From contig RDOE01000062.1 of assembly GCA_011364975.1 (NCBI GenBank), forward strand, positions 1 through 18,712: a stretch of 18,712 nucleotides of DNA. Reading direction: 5' to 3'. Source of the stretch: Promethearchaeota archaeon (lineage in GTDB: Archaea; Asgardarchaeota; Lokiarchaeia; Sigyniarchaeales; SOKP01). The first letter of the stretch is position 1. Each line of letters begins with the position of its first letter. This document shows, piece by piece, positions 6,454 through 15,353 of the stretch. The position numbers and the translations under genes were made by a program. Under the pieces are notes generated by a model. It saw only the letters and a list, made by a program, of their open reading frames with translations. It did no database searches and was not told the origin of the DNA.

Positions 6454-8388
6454 ATGACAAGTAAATTAGAAAATGGTATAAGCAAAACTCAAGCCGTTAT
6501 AAAGAATGAGAATAAAGAACAAGTATGCATAGGACCAGTTAATGATTTAGAACAGTTTGTTAAAACCGATTGGTGGAAGCATATCTTCAATGCATATTAT
6601 TTAAAAACAGATGGTGATGTAGTTGAAGATCAAAAGATTACCGCAACAGAAATAGATTATTTTATTAAACTACTTGATTTAAAGCCGGAGCATAGAATTT
6701 TAGATCTTTGTTGTGGTCAAGGACGTCATACTATCGAATTAGTAAAGAGGGAGTATGGAAAAGTAGAAGGTTTGGATCGTTCAAGATATTTGATACAAAA
6801 AGCAAGATCTAATGCTAAAAAATCCTCATTATATTGCAAATTTAAAGAAGGGGATGCACGAAAATTACCTTACCCTCCTGATCAGTTTGATAATCTTATA
6901 ATATTAGGTAATAGTTTTGGATACTTCGAAACAGTAAATGATGATCTTCGGGTCTTAAAGGAATCATTTCGAGTCTTGAAACCCTGGGGTAAAATTTTGA
7001 TAGATTTATCTGATGGAGAATATTTAAAAAATAATTTTCAACCACGCTCTTGGGAGTGGATAAATAAAGAATATTTTGTTTGTCGTGAGAGATCATTATC
7101 ATTGGATGAACAACGACTTATTTCACGAGAAGTTATCACTCATGTGAATAAAGGAGTTTTAGTGGATCAGTTTTATGCTGAAAGGCTTTATACGAAGGAC
7201 CAGATAATGCAAATTTTAACCAAAGCGGGATTTTCTGATATAATTTTTCATGGCACAATTACACCGGATTCCCAACGTAATCAAGATTTAGGGATGATGG
7301 AACGCAGAATTATTGTTACAGCTTTAGTTAAGAAAGAATGGTCTACACCAAAAATTAAAGCAAAAGCAATAGAGAAGAAAGTAGCAGTAATTTTTGGAGA
7401 TCCTTCTAAGCCAGATCATTTGAAACCAAGTACTATATTCGATGATGATGATTTTTATACTATTGATCAACTAAAGGCTGCTTTAAAAGAAATAGAAGGA
7501 TATAATTTTGTTTATTTCAATAGTCATGATTCTTTAATTCAGGATCTTCAAAAAGCAAAAGCACAATTAGATTATGTTTTAAACCTATGTGATGAGGGAT
7601 ATTATAATAATCCTCGCTATGAACTGCATATTCCAGCTCTTTTAGAAATTCTTAAAATACCCTATACTGGTTCTGGTCCTCAATGTCTTGCTTTTTGTTA
7701 TGATAAATCTTTAGTTCGGGGAATCGCTAAAGAATTGGATGTACCTATTGCCGAAGCAATATACATCAAACCTGGAGAAAAAATAATTGATCTTCCATTA
7801 TACTTTCCTGCAATTGTAAAACCTAATTTCGGGGATTCAAGTTTTGGAATTACCCAGAAAAGTGTAGTAAATAATGGAGAGGAACTATTAAATGCGATTT
7901 CTCAAATACGAGACCAATTTGGTTATGATAAACCAGTGTTAGTAGAACAATTTTTAACGGGAAAAGATTTAACTATTGGAATTATAGGAAATCCGCCAGA
8001 TAATTATATCGTTCTACCTATTATTGAAGAAGATTATTCTGCATTGCCACCAGATCTACCAAAAGTATGTGGTTATGAGGCTAAATGGATGCCCGATTCT
8101 CCGTATTGGAACCTTAAATCCAAACCAGCAGAATTACCCGAAAATGTTGTTCAAACAATTGAAATTTGCTCTTTAAAGTTATTTGAAAGATTGGAATGTA
8201 GAGATTATGTTAGGTTTGATTGGCGATTAGATAATGAAGGGAATCCAAAACTTCTGGAAGTGAATCCTAATCCTGGATGGTGTTGGGATGGTCATTTATC
8301 CAAAATGGCAAAACTAGCCGAAATTGATTATGTTGATATGCTAAGAAACATTTTAAAAGCTGCAGAACTAAGAATTAGCTCAAGGTAA
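6454..8388 (+). CDS. Fusion: class I SAM-dependent methyltransferase + D-Ala-D-Ala-ligase-like ATP-grasp domain
   Basis: N-half: ILDLCCGQGRH (SAM motif I), GLDRS, EGDARKLPY, LGNSFGYF. C-half: IPYTGS, DKS, PAIVKPNFGDSSFGI, VLVEQFLTG, YEAKW, RFDWR, LEVNPNPG. Start at ATG 6454 or TTG 6445. Confidence 0.9.
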   Translation: MTSKLENGISKTQAVIKNENKEQVCIGPVNDLEQFVKTDWWKHIFNAYYLKTDGDVVEDQKITATEIDYFIKLLDLKPEHRILDLCCGQGRHTIELVKREYGKVEGLDRSRYLIQKARSNAKKSSLYCKFKEGDARKLPYPPDQFDNLIILGNSFGYFETVNDDLRVLKESFRVLKPWGKILIDLSDGEYLKNNFQPRSWEWINKEYFVCRERSLSLDEQRLISREVITHVNKGVLVDQFYAERLYTKDQIMQILTKAGFSDIIFHGTITPDSQRNQDLGMMERRIIVTALVKKEWSTPKIKAKAIEKKVAVIFGDPSKPDHLKPSTIFDDDDFYTIDQLKAALKEIEGYNFVYFNSHDSLIQDLQKAKAQLDYVLNLCDEGYYNNPRYELHIPALLEILKIPYTGSGPQCLAFCYDKSLVRGIAKELDVPIAEAIYIKPGEKIIDLPLYFPAIVKPNFGDSSFGITQKSVVNNGEELLNAISQIRDQFGYDKPVLVEQFLTGKDLTIGIIGNPPDNYIVLPIIEEDYSALPPDLPKVCGYEAKWMPDSPYWNLKSKPAELPENVVQTIEICSLKLFERLECRDYVRFDWRLDNEGNPKLLEVNPNPGWCWDGHLSKMAKLAEIDYVDMLRNILKAAELRISSR

Positions 8389-8392
8389 TTTT

Positions 8393-9598
8393 ATGAATAT
8401 GATTGAAGGAGAAGATAGAAGAAATAAAGATGATGAATTTTTAAAATCATATATCAATCATTTAGAGACAAAAATAAAAGATGTTCAAAATCATATAGAT
8501 TTACTAAAATCGGATTTATTACGCTTGGAAGATGAATCTCAAGGTTTGAAAAGAGAAATTGAACATCTTAATGAAGTACCTCTCTTAACTGGTGAAATAG
8601 AAGATATTTTAGATGAATCCAAGAATCGATTAATTGTTAAAACAAGTTCAGGAATTAGTTATATTGTTAATACTACTGAAAGAGTCAAACAAGAAGATTT
8701 AAGTCCTGGATTACAAATCGCACTTAATCAAAGAAATTTTGCTGCTGTAGAAATTTTACCAACTAAGTTAGATCCGTTTATAAAAGGGATGGAACTTTTA
8801 GAAAAAAATATTGATGTAGCATATGGTGATATTGGTGGATTGGATGATCAAATACAAGAAGTCAGAGAAACAGTTGAGTTACCATTACTAAAACCTGAAT
8901 TATTTAAAAGAGTAGGAATAGAACCCCCCAATGGTGTATTATTTTATGGGGCTCCTGGAACAGGAAAAACACTTTTAGCAAAAGCAGTAGCATCAGAGAC
9001 AAATGCTACTTTCATACGGATCATTGCTGCTGAACTTGTACAGAAATTCATTGGAGAAGGTGCAAGATATGTTAGGGAAATCTTTAAGCTTGCGAAAGAT
9101 AAAGCACCTAGTATAATTTTTATTGATGAGCTTGACGCTATCGGTGCCACGAGAATGGAAGATGCAACTTCAGGAGATCGTGAGGTTAATAGAACATTAA
9201 TGCAACTGTTAAGTGAATTAGATGGTTTTGATGAGAGGAAGAATGTAAAATTCATAGGAGCAACTAATAGAGCAGATATTTTGGATCCTGCCTTACTTAG
9301 AGCGGGAAGATTTGACAGATTAATTGAATTTCCTTTACCTAATCCTGTTGCAAGAGAAGCTATATTTAAAATACATATGAGATCTATTAATATGGAAACA
9401 ACGATAGATCTTAAAAAGATTGTAGATTTAACTGAAGGAGGAACTGGAGCAGATATAAAAGCCATATGCATAGAAGCAGGCATGTTTGCAATACGGAGGA
9501 ATTCTGAAATGGTTACATATGAAGATCTGCTAAAAGCGGTTGAAAAAGTAAAAAATAAATCAAAAGAAGTCCCATTAACTTCTGACTTTTTTACTTAA
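8393..9598 (+). CDS. pan: Proteasome-activating nucleotidase (AAA+ ATPase)
   Basis: N-terminal coiled coil and OB region, DIGGLDDQIQEVRETVELPL, Walker A GAPGTGKT, pore loop KFIGEG, Walker B FIDELD, SGDREVNRTLMQLL, SRH ATNRADILDPALLRAGRFDR. HbYX-like end FFT. Confidence 0.93.
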   Translation: MNMIEGEDRRNKDDEFLKSYINHLETKIKDVQNHIDLLKSDLLRLEDESQGLKREIEHLNEVPLLTGEIEDILDESKNRLIVKTSSGISYIVNTTERVKQEDLSPGLQIALNQRNFAAVEILPTKLDPFIKGMELLEKNIDVAYGDIGGLDDQIQEVRETVELPLLKPELFKRVGIEPPNGVLFYGAPGTGKTLLAKAVASETNATFIRIIAAELVQKFIGEGARYVREIFKLAKDKAPSIIFIDELDAIGATRMEDATSGDREVNRTLMQLLSELDGFDERKNVKFIGATNRADILDPALLRAGRFDRLIEFPLPNPVAREAIFKIHMRSINMETTIDLKKIVDLTEGGTGADIKAICIEAGMFAIRRNSEMVTYEDLLKAVEKVKNKSKEVPLTSDFFT

Positions 9599-9622
9599 AC
9601 CTTTACTATTTTTAATTTTAAA

Positions 9623-10732
9623 TTAATTGAAGTAGCCAAGAATTAGAAATACGAACTCAATAACAAATATAAAGGTTAAGAGTATTTCCATATAAAGCAA
9701 GAATTTTTCATTTAAGTTTGTTTGAGCAACGTTATAAATATCTCCAATGGTATCTATTCTATGCCGTATGCTTCCGCTCCATTCTTTTAATTGAAATAAT
9801 TCAGCTAATTGAGTATATAATTGAGCTAAATAAAAGTCACCAAATAATTTTGATACATTTTCAACGCTTTCTAATAGATATGATAAATCATATTTTAATC
9901 GAAGTAAATTTCCAACTCGTTTACTTAACCTTCGCCAAAGTGTACCACTCATATAATAAATCTTGGAAATATCCGATTCAGCTAAAGAGAGTCTTCTTTC
10001 TAATAATTTATCTAAAATTCTTAATTCCAATAATTGATAGTTAGCGATTTCAATAACAGTTAAAATATCATTATAATCTTCAGTCGGATCGATAATTAAA
10101 CCACGATCAAAATCAAAGATAATATAATCATTCTGTAAATAAGAGAAACTGTTTTCTAAAGTTCGTTCAATTTGATATTGATTTAAGTTCAGTTCTGGAT
10201 CTTCTCCCATTAATAAATTTGCTATAAATATTTTATTTTCGTTGATAAAGGATTTAGGGTTTTCAAAAGTGTCTGTAAGACAATACATTGTGTATTTTTC
10301 AGTATCAGTTATTCCGAAATTATAACCAACTTCATCAATACAATCTCTTATTTGATTAAAAATTTTTGTCTCGTGAGATTTTAGGAATTGATTTATATTA
10401 TATTCTATATTTTCAACATAAAACTTAATTTTTCTAATTTCATAGAGTTCATTTAATTGAATATCTGCAAATTTAAGATGGGCTGTTAATGAAATAACTC
10501 CATCTTCATAAATTTTTACTTGTAATTTGACCTCGTTAATATATTGAGATGTAGTAGTAATCCTTTGTATAATTTCTAATCTTATAGGCTCAGGAAAATC
10601 GACGTATTTCGGAGTATCCCTTTTTTTAATGATTACTTTATACTGAATCCCATGTATTATGTCTACTGCTTTCTTTAGATCTATTTTCCTACCAACATCC
10701 GTTAGACGGATTAAAATTACTTCGCCTTTCAA
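9623..10732 (-). CDS. Conserved hypothetical protein, RMD1/DUF155-like, with a C-terminal TM helix
   Basis: QLLELRILDKLL...VENVSKLFGDFYLAQLY...FQLKEW...YMEILLTFIFVIEF resembles the RMD1/Sif2 helical bundle plus terminal TM. Family call is from memory of the pattern. Confidence 0.6.
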   Translation of the reverse strand: MKGEVILIRLTDVGRKIDLKKAVDIIHGIQYKVIIKKRDTPKYVDFPEPIRLEIIQRITTTSQYINEVKLQVKIYEDGVISLTAHLKFADIQLNELYEIRKIKFYVENIEYNINQFLKSHETKIFNQIRDCIDEVGYNFGITDTEKYTMYCLTDTFENPKSFINENKIFIANLLMGEDPELNLNQYQIERTLENSFSYLQNDYIIFDFDRGLIIDPTEDYNDILTVIEIANYQLLELRILDKLLERRLSLAESDISKIYYMSGTLWRRLSKRVGNLLRLKYDLSYLLESVENVSKLFGDFYLAQLYTQLAELFQLKEWSGSIRHRIDTIGDIYNVAQTNLNEKFLLYMEILLTFIFVIEFVFLILGYFN

Positions 10733-10879
10733 AGATATGAACTTTTCTATAATTTAGAATTTAATTTATTATAGTTTTAAATCAAAAAAAAAACATTTCA
10801 ATTACAATACTAAATAATTTTTTATTTGATTCTATTTTTTATTTTTATTATTTGAGACTTCTATAAATTAATTTAATAT

Positions 10880-12184
10880 ATGAATTTAATTCTCTTAATA
10901 ATAAATTTCTGTATATTTGGAATTATTCTAGTAAGCTACTCATCAAGTAAATTAGATTTTGTAGCTATATCATTATTAGGTTGTTTTGTTTCTGGCTTAA
11001 TTACCGGCTTGGTTTTACAAATTGATATGCTATCTTTGGCGATTTCTAAGTATATCGAATTTGAAGCGATCATTGTGATATTATGCATGAGTTTAATAAC
11101 AAAAATTGCTCAAGATTCGAATATTTTAGAGTATCTCGCTATTAAATTATTTAAAATTGTAAAAGGAAATAGAAGGTTATTTTTTTACATTATTTGCATT
11201 ATCACTACATTATTAGCAGCAATTATTAGTGATGTTGTTGTAGTTCTAATTTTAGCGCCAGTTGTTATAAGATTATGTCACTTTCTAAAAATTCGTTCAG
11301 GCACGTATCTTTTAGGGATGACTATATGTATTAATATAGGTTCAATTATTACCCCATTTTCAAGCGGAGAAAATATAATAATCTCTACCGCCTTCAATTT
11401 GGACACGCTCTACTTTGTTGTATATTATTGGGGATTTTCGTTTTTTTTGTTATTTATTACAGCATATTTAATGGATAAATTTATTTTAAGTAAAGAACCT
11501 GGGATTGAAGATATGCAAAAACGATTTGTTTTAGATTTAGTCGACGCGGATACTATGATCGCAAATAGAAAGATGTTTTATATCAATAGCATCGGTATTA
11601 TTATTACCATAATTCTTTTCGCTGTTTTACCAGCTTTATATCTTTCAGCAGCTTTTTCGGCTTTAATAATTGTAATTATTAATAAAAGATTTATGAAAAA
11701 AGATTTAAAGGAACTTTTAAAAGGAGTAGAGTGGGAAATAATATTTTTTTTTATATCATTATATGTTGTAGTAGGGAGTCTACTAGAATCAGGATTTAAA
11801 GACCTTTTTATTAATATTCCGTTCCAAGATTTAAGCCCTTTTATGGTAAGTTTTATAGTCCTAATTTTGGTAAGTTTAGTCTCTGGATTTGTTGCTAACA
11901 CTCCTACGGCATTGATTTTTATCCCAATAATCGGATTACTAATTAATGATTTTTATTTTCCATCCGTTCCATTATATTATTCTTTTATTATTGCAATAAA
12001 TATTGGGGGCAATTTGATCCCTCAAGGAGCTGCTTGTGACATGATGACGCTTAAAATCGCTCAAAAGAATGCTGTGGATAATTTAAACTTTAAAAGGCTA
12101 TTAAAGGTGGGAGCTACATTTGCAATAATTCACATTTTATTATCTGTTGGATATCTTTTCCTTCTTAGTTTATTTAATGGTTAA
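10880..12184 (+). CDS. Ion-transporter superfamily permease (ArsB/NhaD/CitMHS/SLC13-like)
   Basis: Many hydrophobic segments in two halves. Motifs NIGSIITPF..GEN, VEWEIIFFFISLY, SGFVANTPTA and NIGGNLIPQGAA. Substrate cannot be determined. Confidence 0.8.
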   Translation: MNLILLIINFCIFGIILVSYSSSKLDFVAISLLGCFVSGLITGLVLQIDMLSLAISKYIEFEAIIVILCMSLITKIAQDSNILEYLAIKLFKIVKGNRRLFFYIICIITTLLAAIISDVVVVLILAPVVIRLCHFLKIRSGTYLLGMTICINIGSIITPFSSGENIIISTAFNLDTLYFVVYYWGFSFFLLFITAYLMDKFILSKEPGIEDMQKRFVLDLVDADTMIANRKMFYINSIGIIITIILFAVLPALYLSAAFSALIIVIINKRFMKKDLKELLKGVEWEIIFFFISLYVVVGSLLESGFKDLFINIPFQDLSPFMVSFIVLILVSLVSGFVANTPTALIFIPIIGLLINDFYFPSVPLYYSFIIAINIGGNLIPQGAACDMMTLKIAQKNAVDNLNFKRLLKVGATFAIIHILLSVGYLFLLSLFNG

Positions 12185-12330
12185 AATTTATTTTGGGAAA
12201 AAATTAATCACCTATAATCTTCATTTTAATAACCATATCCCATTATTGATAATCTTTATAATGTACGTCAATTAAATAACATAAAAGGAATGATTATTTT
12301 AAAATAAGGAAAGAAATGTGATTAGAAACA

Positions 12331-13923
12331 TTGAATGATGACAAAATTGTAATTAAAAATTTATCAAATGTAATTGGAAAGGATTTTAGTGAAGTGAGTG
12401 TAATAAGAGATACCTACGTTGGCTTCTCATATAAGCAAGAGCAAGAAAATATCACTGAACTTAGTTTAGATTTATCAAAACTTGAAATAGGTGAGAAAGC
12501 TCTAGCTTTGACTGGTGAAATAATTCAGAAACTAGAACACCTTAAAACACTTTATATTAAGTTTTTAAAAGGAGAGAGTATTCCAAATTGGTTATTTCAA
12601 CTTACTAAATTAGAAAGTCTAAGTTTGCGTCAAAATAACTTAAATTCAATCCCTGAGGGAATAAAGAATTTCACATTGCTTAAATCACTGAACTTAGCAT
12701 CGAATGATATAACCGTTTTACCAAAATGGATTTTGGAATTGAGTGATTTGAAAGATCTAAACCTGGAACACAATGATAATCTTGAGTGGAATCAAAAAAA
12801 TCTTGAAATTTTGGAAATATTAAAAGAAAGAGGTGTTAAAATTATAGCAACAAGATTATTTAACTTCCAGCTTAAATATAACCTTCCAAAAGATAAAATT
12901 GAAATAATAAGAGAACTTGAAAGGGAGAACATAGAAAAAGAAAAAATGAAGCAATATGTAAATCCCATTAATATGAAAATTGAGGATGGGAAAATAATTG
13001 AATGGAGAATGTTTGAATATTCATTTAAAGCCTTGCCTGAAAACTTCGGAATCTTTAACGAGCTAAAATCCTTAACTATAACACACACACCTCTCGAAAT
13101 GTTACCAGAGTCTTTTGGTAAACTTACAAGTCTCGAATTTCTCGATTTATCTTCTAATTCCCTTAATAAGTTACCAGACTCATTTAGAAATTTAAAATCA
13201 ATTTCAACCTTAAATTTAAGCAACAACCTCTTTAATGAGATTCCCACGCAATTATGGAGTTTTACCTTATTAACTCATTTAAATCTAAGTAATAATCCAT
13301 TAGGTGATGAAGAAAAATCTATTATTCAAAAAGCTCCCGATTCCATTAGAGAATATTTAAGAAAGAAAGCAACTATAAAAATTTTTATTTCTCATGCAGT
13401 TATAGATTTTGAAAAATATCAAATTGGAAAACTTGTAGAATATCTAAAGAATCAAAAAGAGATTTCTGAAGTATTTTTCTGTGAAGAGGATTTAACTGGA
13501 AATATCGATCAATGGATGCTAGATACAGTTCAGAAATCCCAATTGATATTATTTGTTGCTACAAAGAAATCCCTATATGATTCTGTTGATTGTCGAAATG
13601 AATTACAGCTTGCCGATAAATTTTCAATCCCCATTATTCCTCTGAAAGGTGATGATGTTGACTGGAATGAATTAGCAGAACTAAAATTGTCGAGGGAATT
13701 AGGAATTGAGTTTGAAAGAAATAATTTTGAGTCTTTCTACGCTGATCTATACAAATATATCTATAATTTTAAACGCGAAATTGACCTTATGTCAAAAAAA
13801 AGTCGTCAACAGGGAATTACCAACATATATGAAAGATTTAGGTTGATATTTAATGAAAATATTGAACAATTAAAACGTAGAATTGATCAATTAGAACAAA
13901 GAATAAAAAACTTGGAGAATTAA
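12331..13923 (+). CDS. Soluble LRR-LRR-TIR protein with a C-terminal coiled coil
   Basis: LxxLxLxxNxLxxLP repeats at aa ~65-150 and ~220-324. TIR domain from aa 349 (KIFISH...SQLILFVATKKSLYDSVDCRNEL...IPIIPL). Heptad tail IEQLKRRIDQLEQRIKNLEN. No TM segment or signal peptide seen. Confidence 0.88.
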   Translation: MNDDKIVIKNLSNVIGKDFSEVSVIRDTYVGFSYKQEQENITELSLDLSKLEIGEKALALTGEIIQKLEHLKTLYIKFLKGESIPNWLFQLTKLESLSLRQNNLNSIPEGIKNFTLLKSLNLASNDITVLPKWILELSDLKDLNLEHNDNLEWNQKNLEILEILKERGVKIIATRLFNFQLKYNLPKDKIEIIRELERENIEKEKMKQYVNPINMKIEDGKIIEWRMFEYSFKALPENFGIFNELKSLTITHTPLEMLPESFGKLTSLEFLDLSSNSLNKLPDSFRNLKSISTLNLSNNLFNEIPTQLWSFTLLTHLNLSNNPLGDEEKSIIQKAPDSIREYLRKKATIKIFISHAVIDFEKYQIGKLVEYLKNQKEISEVFFCEEDLTGNIDQWMLDTVQKSQLILFVATKKSLYDSVDCRNELQLADKFSIPIIPLKGDDVDWNELAELKLSRELGIEFERNNFESFYADLYKYIYNFKREIDLMSKKSRQQGITNIYERFRLIFNENIEQLKRRIDQLEQRIKNLEN

Positions 13924-13938
13924 GAATTTGTTAACCAT

Positions 13939-14094
13939 TTACACAATTTTATATGAATCTTCATCTTTGGGAGGTTTTTTACCTTTTTGGGGGTAAATTC
14001 GCCTTCGATATTTTTTATTTTTTAATACAACTCCATACTCTTCAGTGTTATCATTATCTGATTCATCAGAACCTTTAACTCTTGTTTTCGCCAT
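13939..14094 (-). CDS. 51-aa small hypothetical protein (not in ORF track)
   Basis: MAKTRVKGSDESDNDNTEEYGVVLKNKKYRRRIYPQKGKKPPKDEDSYKIV*. Fills the gap between iscS and the LRR-TIR gene on the iscS strand. Alternative in-frame ATG at 14103. Confidence 0.65.
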   Translation of the reverse strand: MAKTRVKGSDESDNDNTEEYGVVLKNKKYRRRIYPQKGKKPPKDEDSYKIV

Positions 14095-14144
14095 TATTAT
14101 CATTCGAGTTTTTACTTAATTCTATAATATTTTAATTTTTATTT

Positions 14145-15353
14145 TTACTTATCAACCTTGGGTTTTCTTTTTGTTAAAGGAGATAATTCTCTTAATCTTT
14201 TAATTACATGGGGTAACCTTTCTAAAAAGTAATCTATTTCATCCTCAGTAGTAAATCTACCTACTGTGACACGCAAGGATCCATGAGCATCTTGAGGTTT
14301 TAAACCTATGGCGAGTAATACGTGAGAAGGTTCTAACGATTTTGACGAACAGGCTGATCCAGTGGAAGCACCAATTCCTTCTGAATCTAAATCTAACACT
14401 ATTGACTCACCTTCAATGTATTTAAAACCTAAGTTAACATTATTCGGTAATCTTTGAGTAGGATGGCCATTAAGAAATGAATCATCTATGTTTTCGAGAA
14501 CATATTTAATTATTTTATCTCTTAATCTAGTTTGACGCGGTATTTCTATCTCCATTTCATCTTTTACTAGTTCAACCGCTTTTGCGAATCCTGCAATTCC
14601 TGGTACATTTACGGTACTTGGTCTCATATTCCACTCATGACCTCCACCAAACATTATTGGCTCAATGTAACTTTCTCCATCTTCTCTAAATCCCTTATTA
14701 CGTATATAAAGCATCCCAACACCCTTAGGTCCATATAATTTATGAGCAGAAGCAGATAAAAGATCAATATGCATTTTATCAACATCGATAGCAATTTTAC
14801 CATATGCTTGTACAGCATCAGTATGAAAAATTATGTTATGCTTATTGGCAATCTTTCCAATTTCTTCAATCGGTTGAATCGTCCCGATCTCATTATTTGC
14901 AAACATAATTGTGATAAGAATTGTATTATCGGTAATTGAATCTTCTAATTGCTTTAGATTAATTAGACCGAACTTATTAACAGGTAAATAAGTAATCTGA
15001 AATCCTTCTTCTTCAAGATGTTTACAGGTATTTTCAACAGCATGATGTTCTATTGATGAGGTGATGATATGATTACCCATTTTTTTATTTTTTAAAGCTA
15101 CTCCCATAATCGCAAGATTATCAGCTTCTGTACCAGAAGAAGTAAAAAAAATCTCATCGCGCTTCGCATTTATCAAGCTAGCAATAATCTCGCGAGATTT
15201 GGTGAGTACTTGTCCTGCTTTCTGTCCCAGAGAATGCAAACTGGATGAATTTCCATAAGTAGCTTTAAAATGCTTTTCAATCTCTTCGATGACTCTTGGG
15301 TCCATTGGTGTGGTTGCTGCATTGTCTAAATATATAAATTTTAAATTATTAAT
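14145..15353 (-). CDS. iscS: Cysteine desulfurase, group I (IscS/NifS/MisS)
   Basis: IYLDNAATTP (upstream of the track's ATG 15305), FTSSGTEADN, HTDAVQ, SAHKLYGPKG (PLP Lys), STGSACSS (catalytic Cys). Start placed at ATT 15353; see findings. Confidence 0.95.
   Translation of the reverse strand: MNNLKFIYLDNAATTPMDPRVIEEIEKHFKATYGNSSSLHSLGQKAGQVLTKSREIIASLINAKRDEIFFTSSGTEADNLAIMGVALKNKKMGNHIITSSIEHHAVENTCKHLEEEGFQITYLPVNKFGLINLKQLEDSITDNTILITIMFANNEIGTIQPIEEIGKIANKHNIIFHTDAVQAYGKIAIDVDKMHIDLLSASAHKLYGPKGVGMLYIRNKGFREDGESYIEPIMFGGGHEWNMRPSTVNVPGIAGFAKAVELVKDEMEIEIPRQTRLRDKIIKYVLENIDDSFLNGHPTQRLPNNVNLGFKYIEGESIVLDLDSEGIGASTGSACSSKSLEPSHVLLAIGLKPQDAHGSLRVTVGRFTTEDEIDYFLERLPHVIKRLRELSPLTKRKPKVDK

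Noticed and set aside
6454-8388. Calling the fusion ddl and inferring peptidoglycan synthesis
   Set aside because: The context is archaeal, no mur genes are present, the gene is fused to a methyltransferase and the substrate-binding region is diverged.
6896-13247. ORFs 6896-7102, 8944-9483, 9718-10044, 11578-11901 and 12792-13247
   Set aside because: All lie antisense within well-supported genes and have shadow-like composition.
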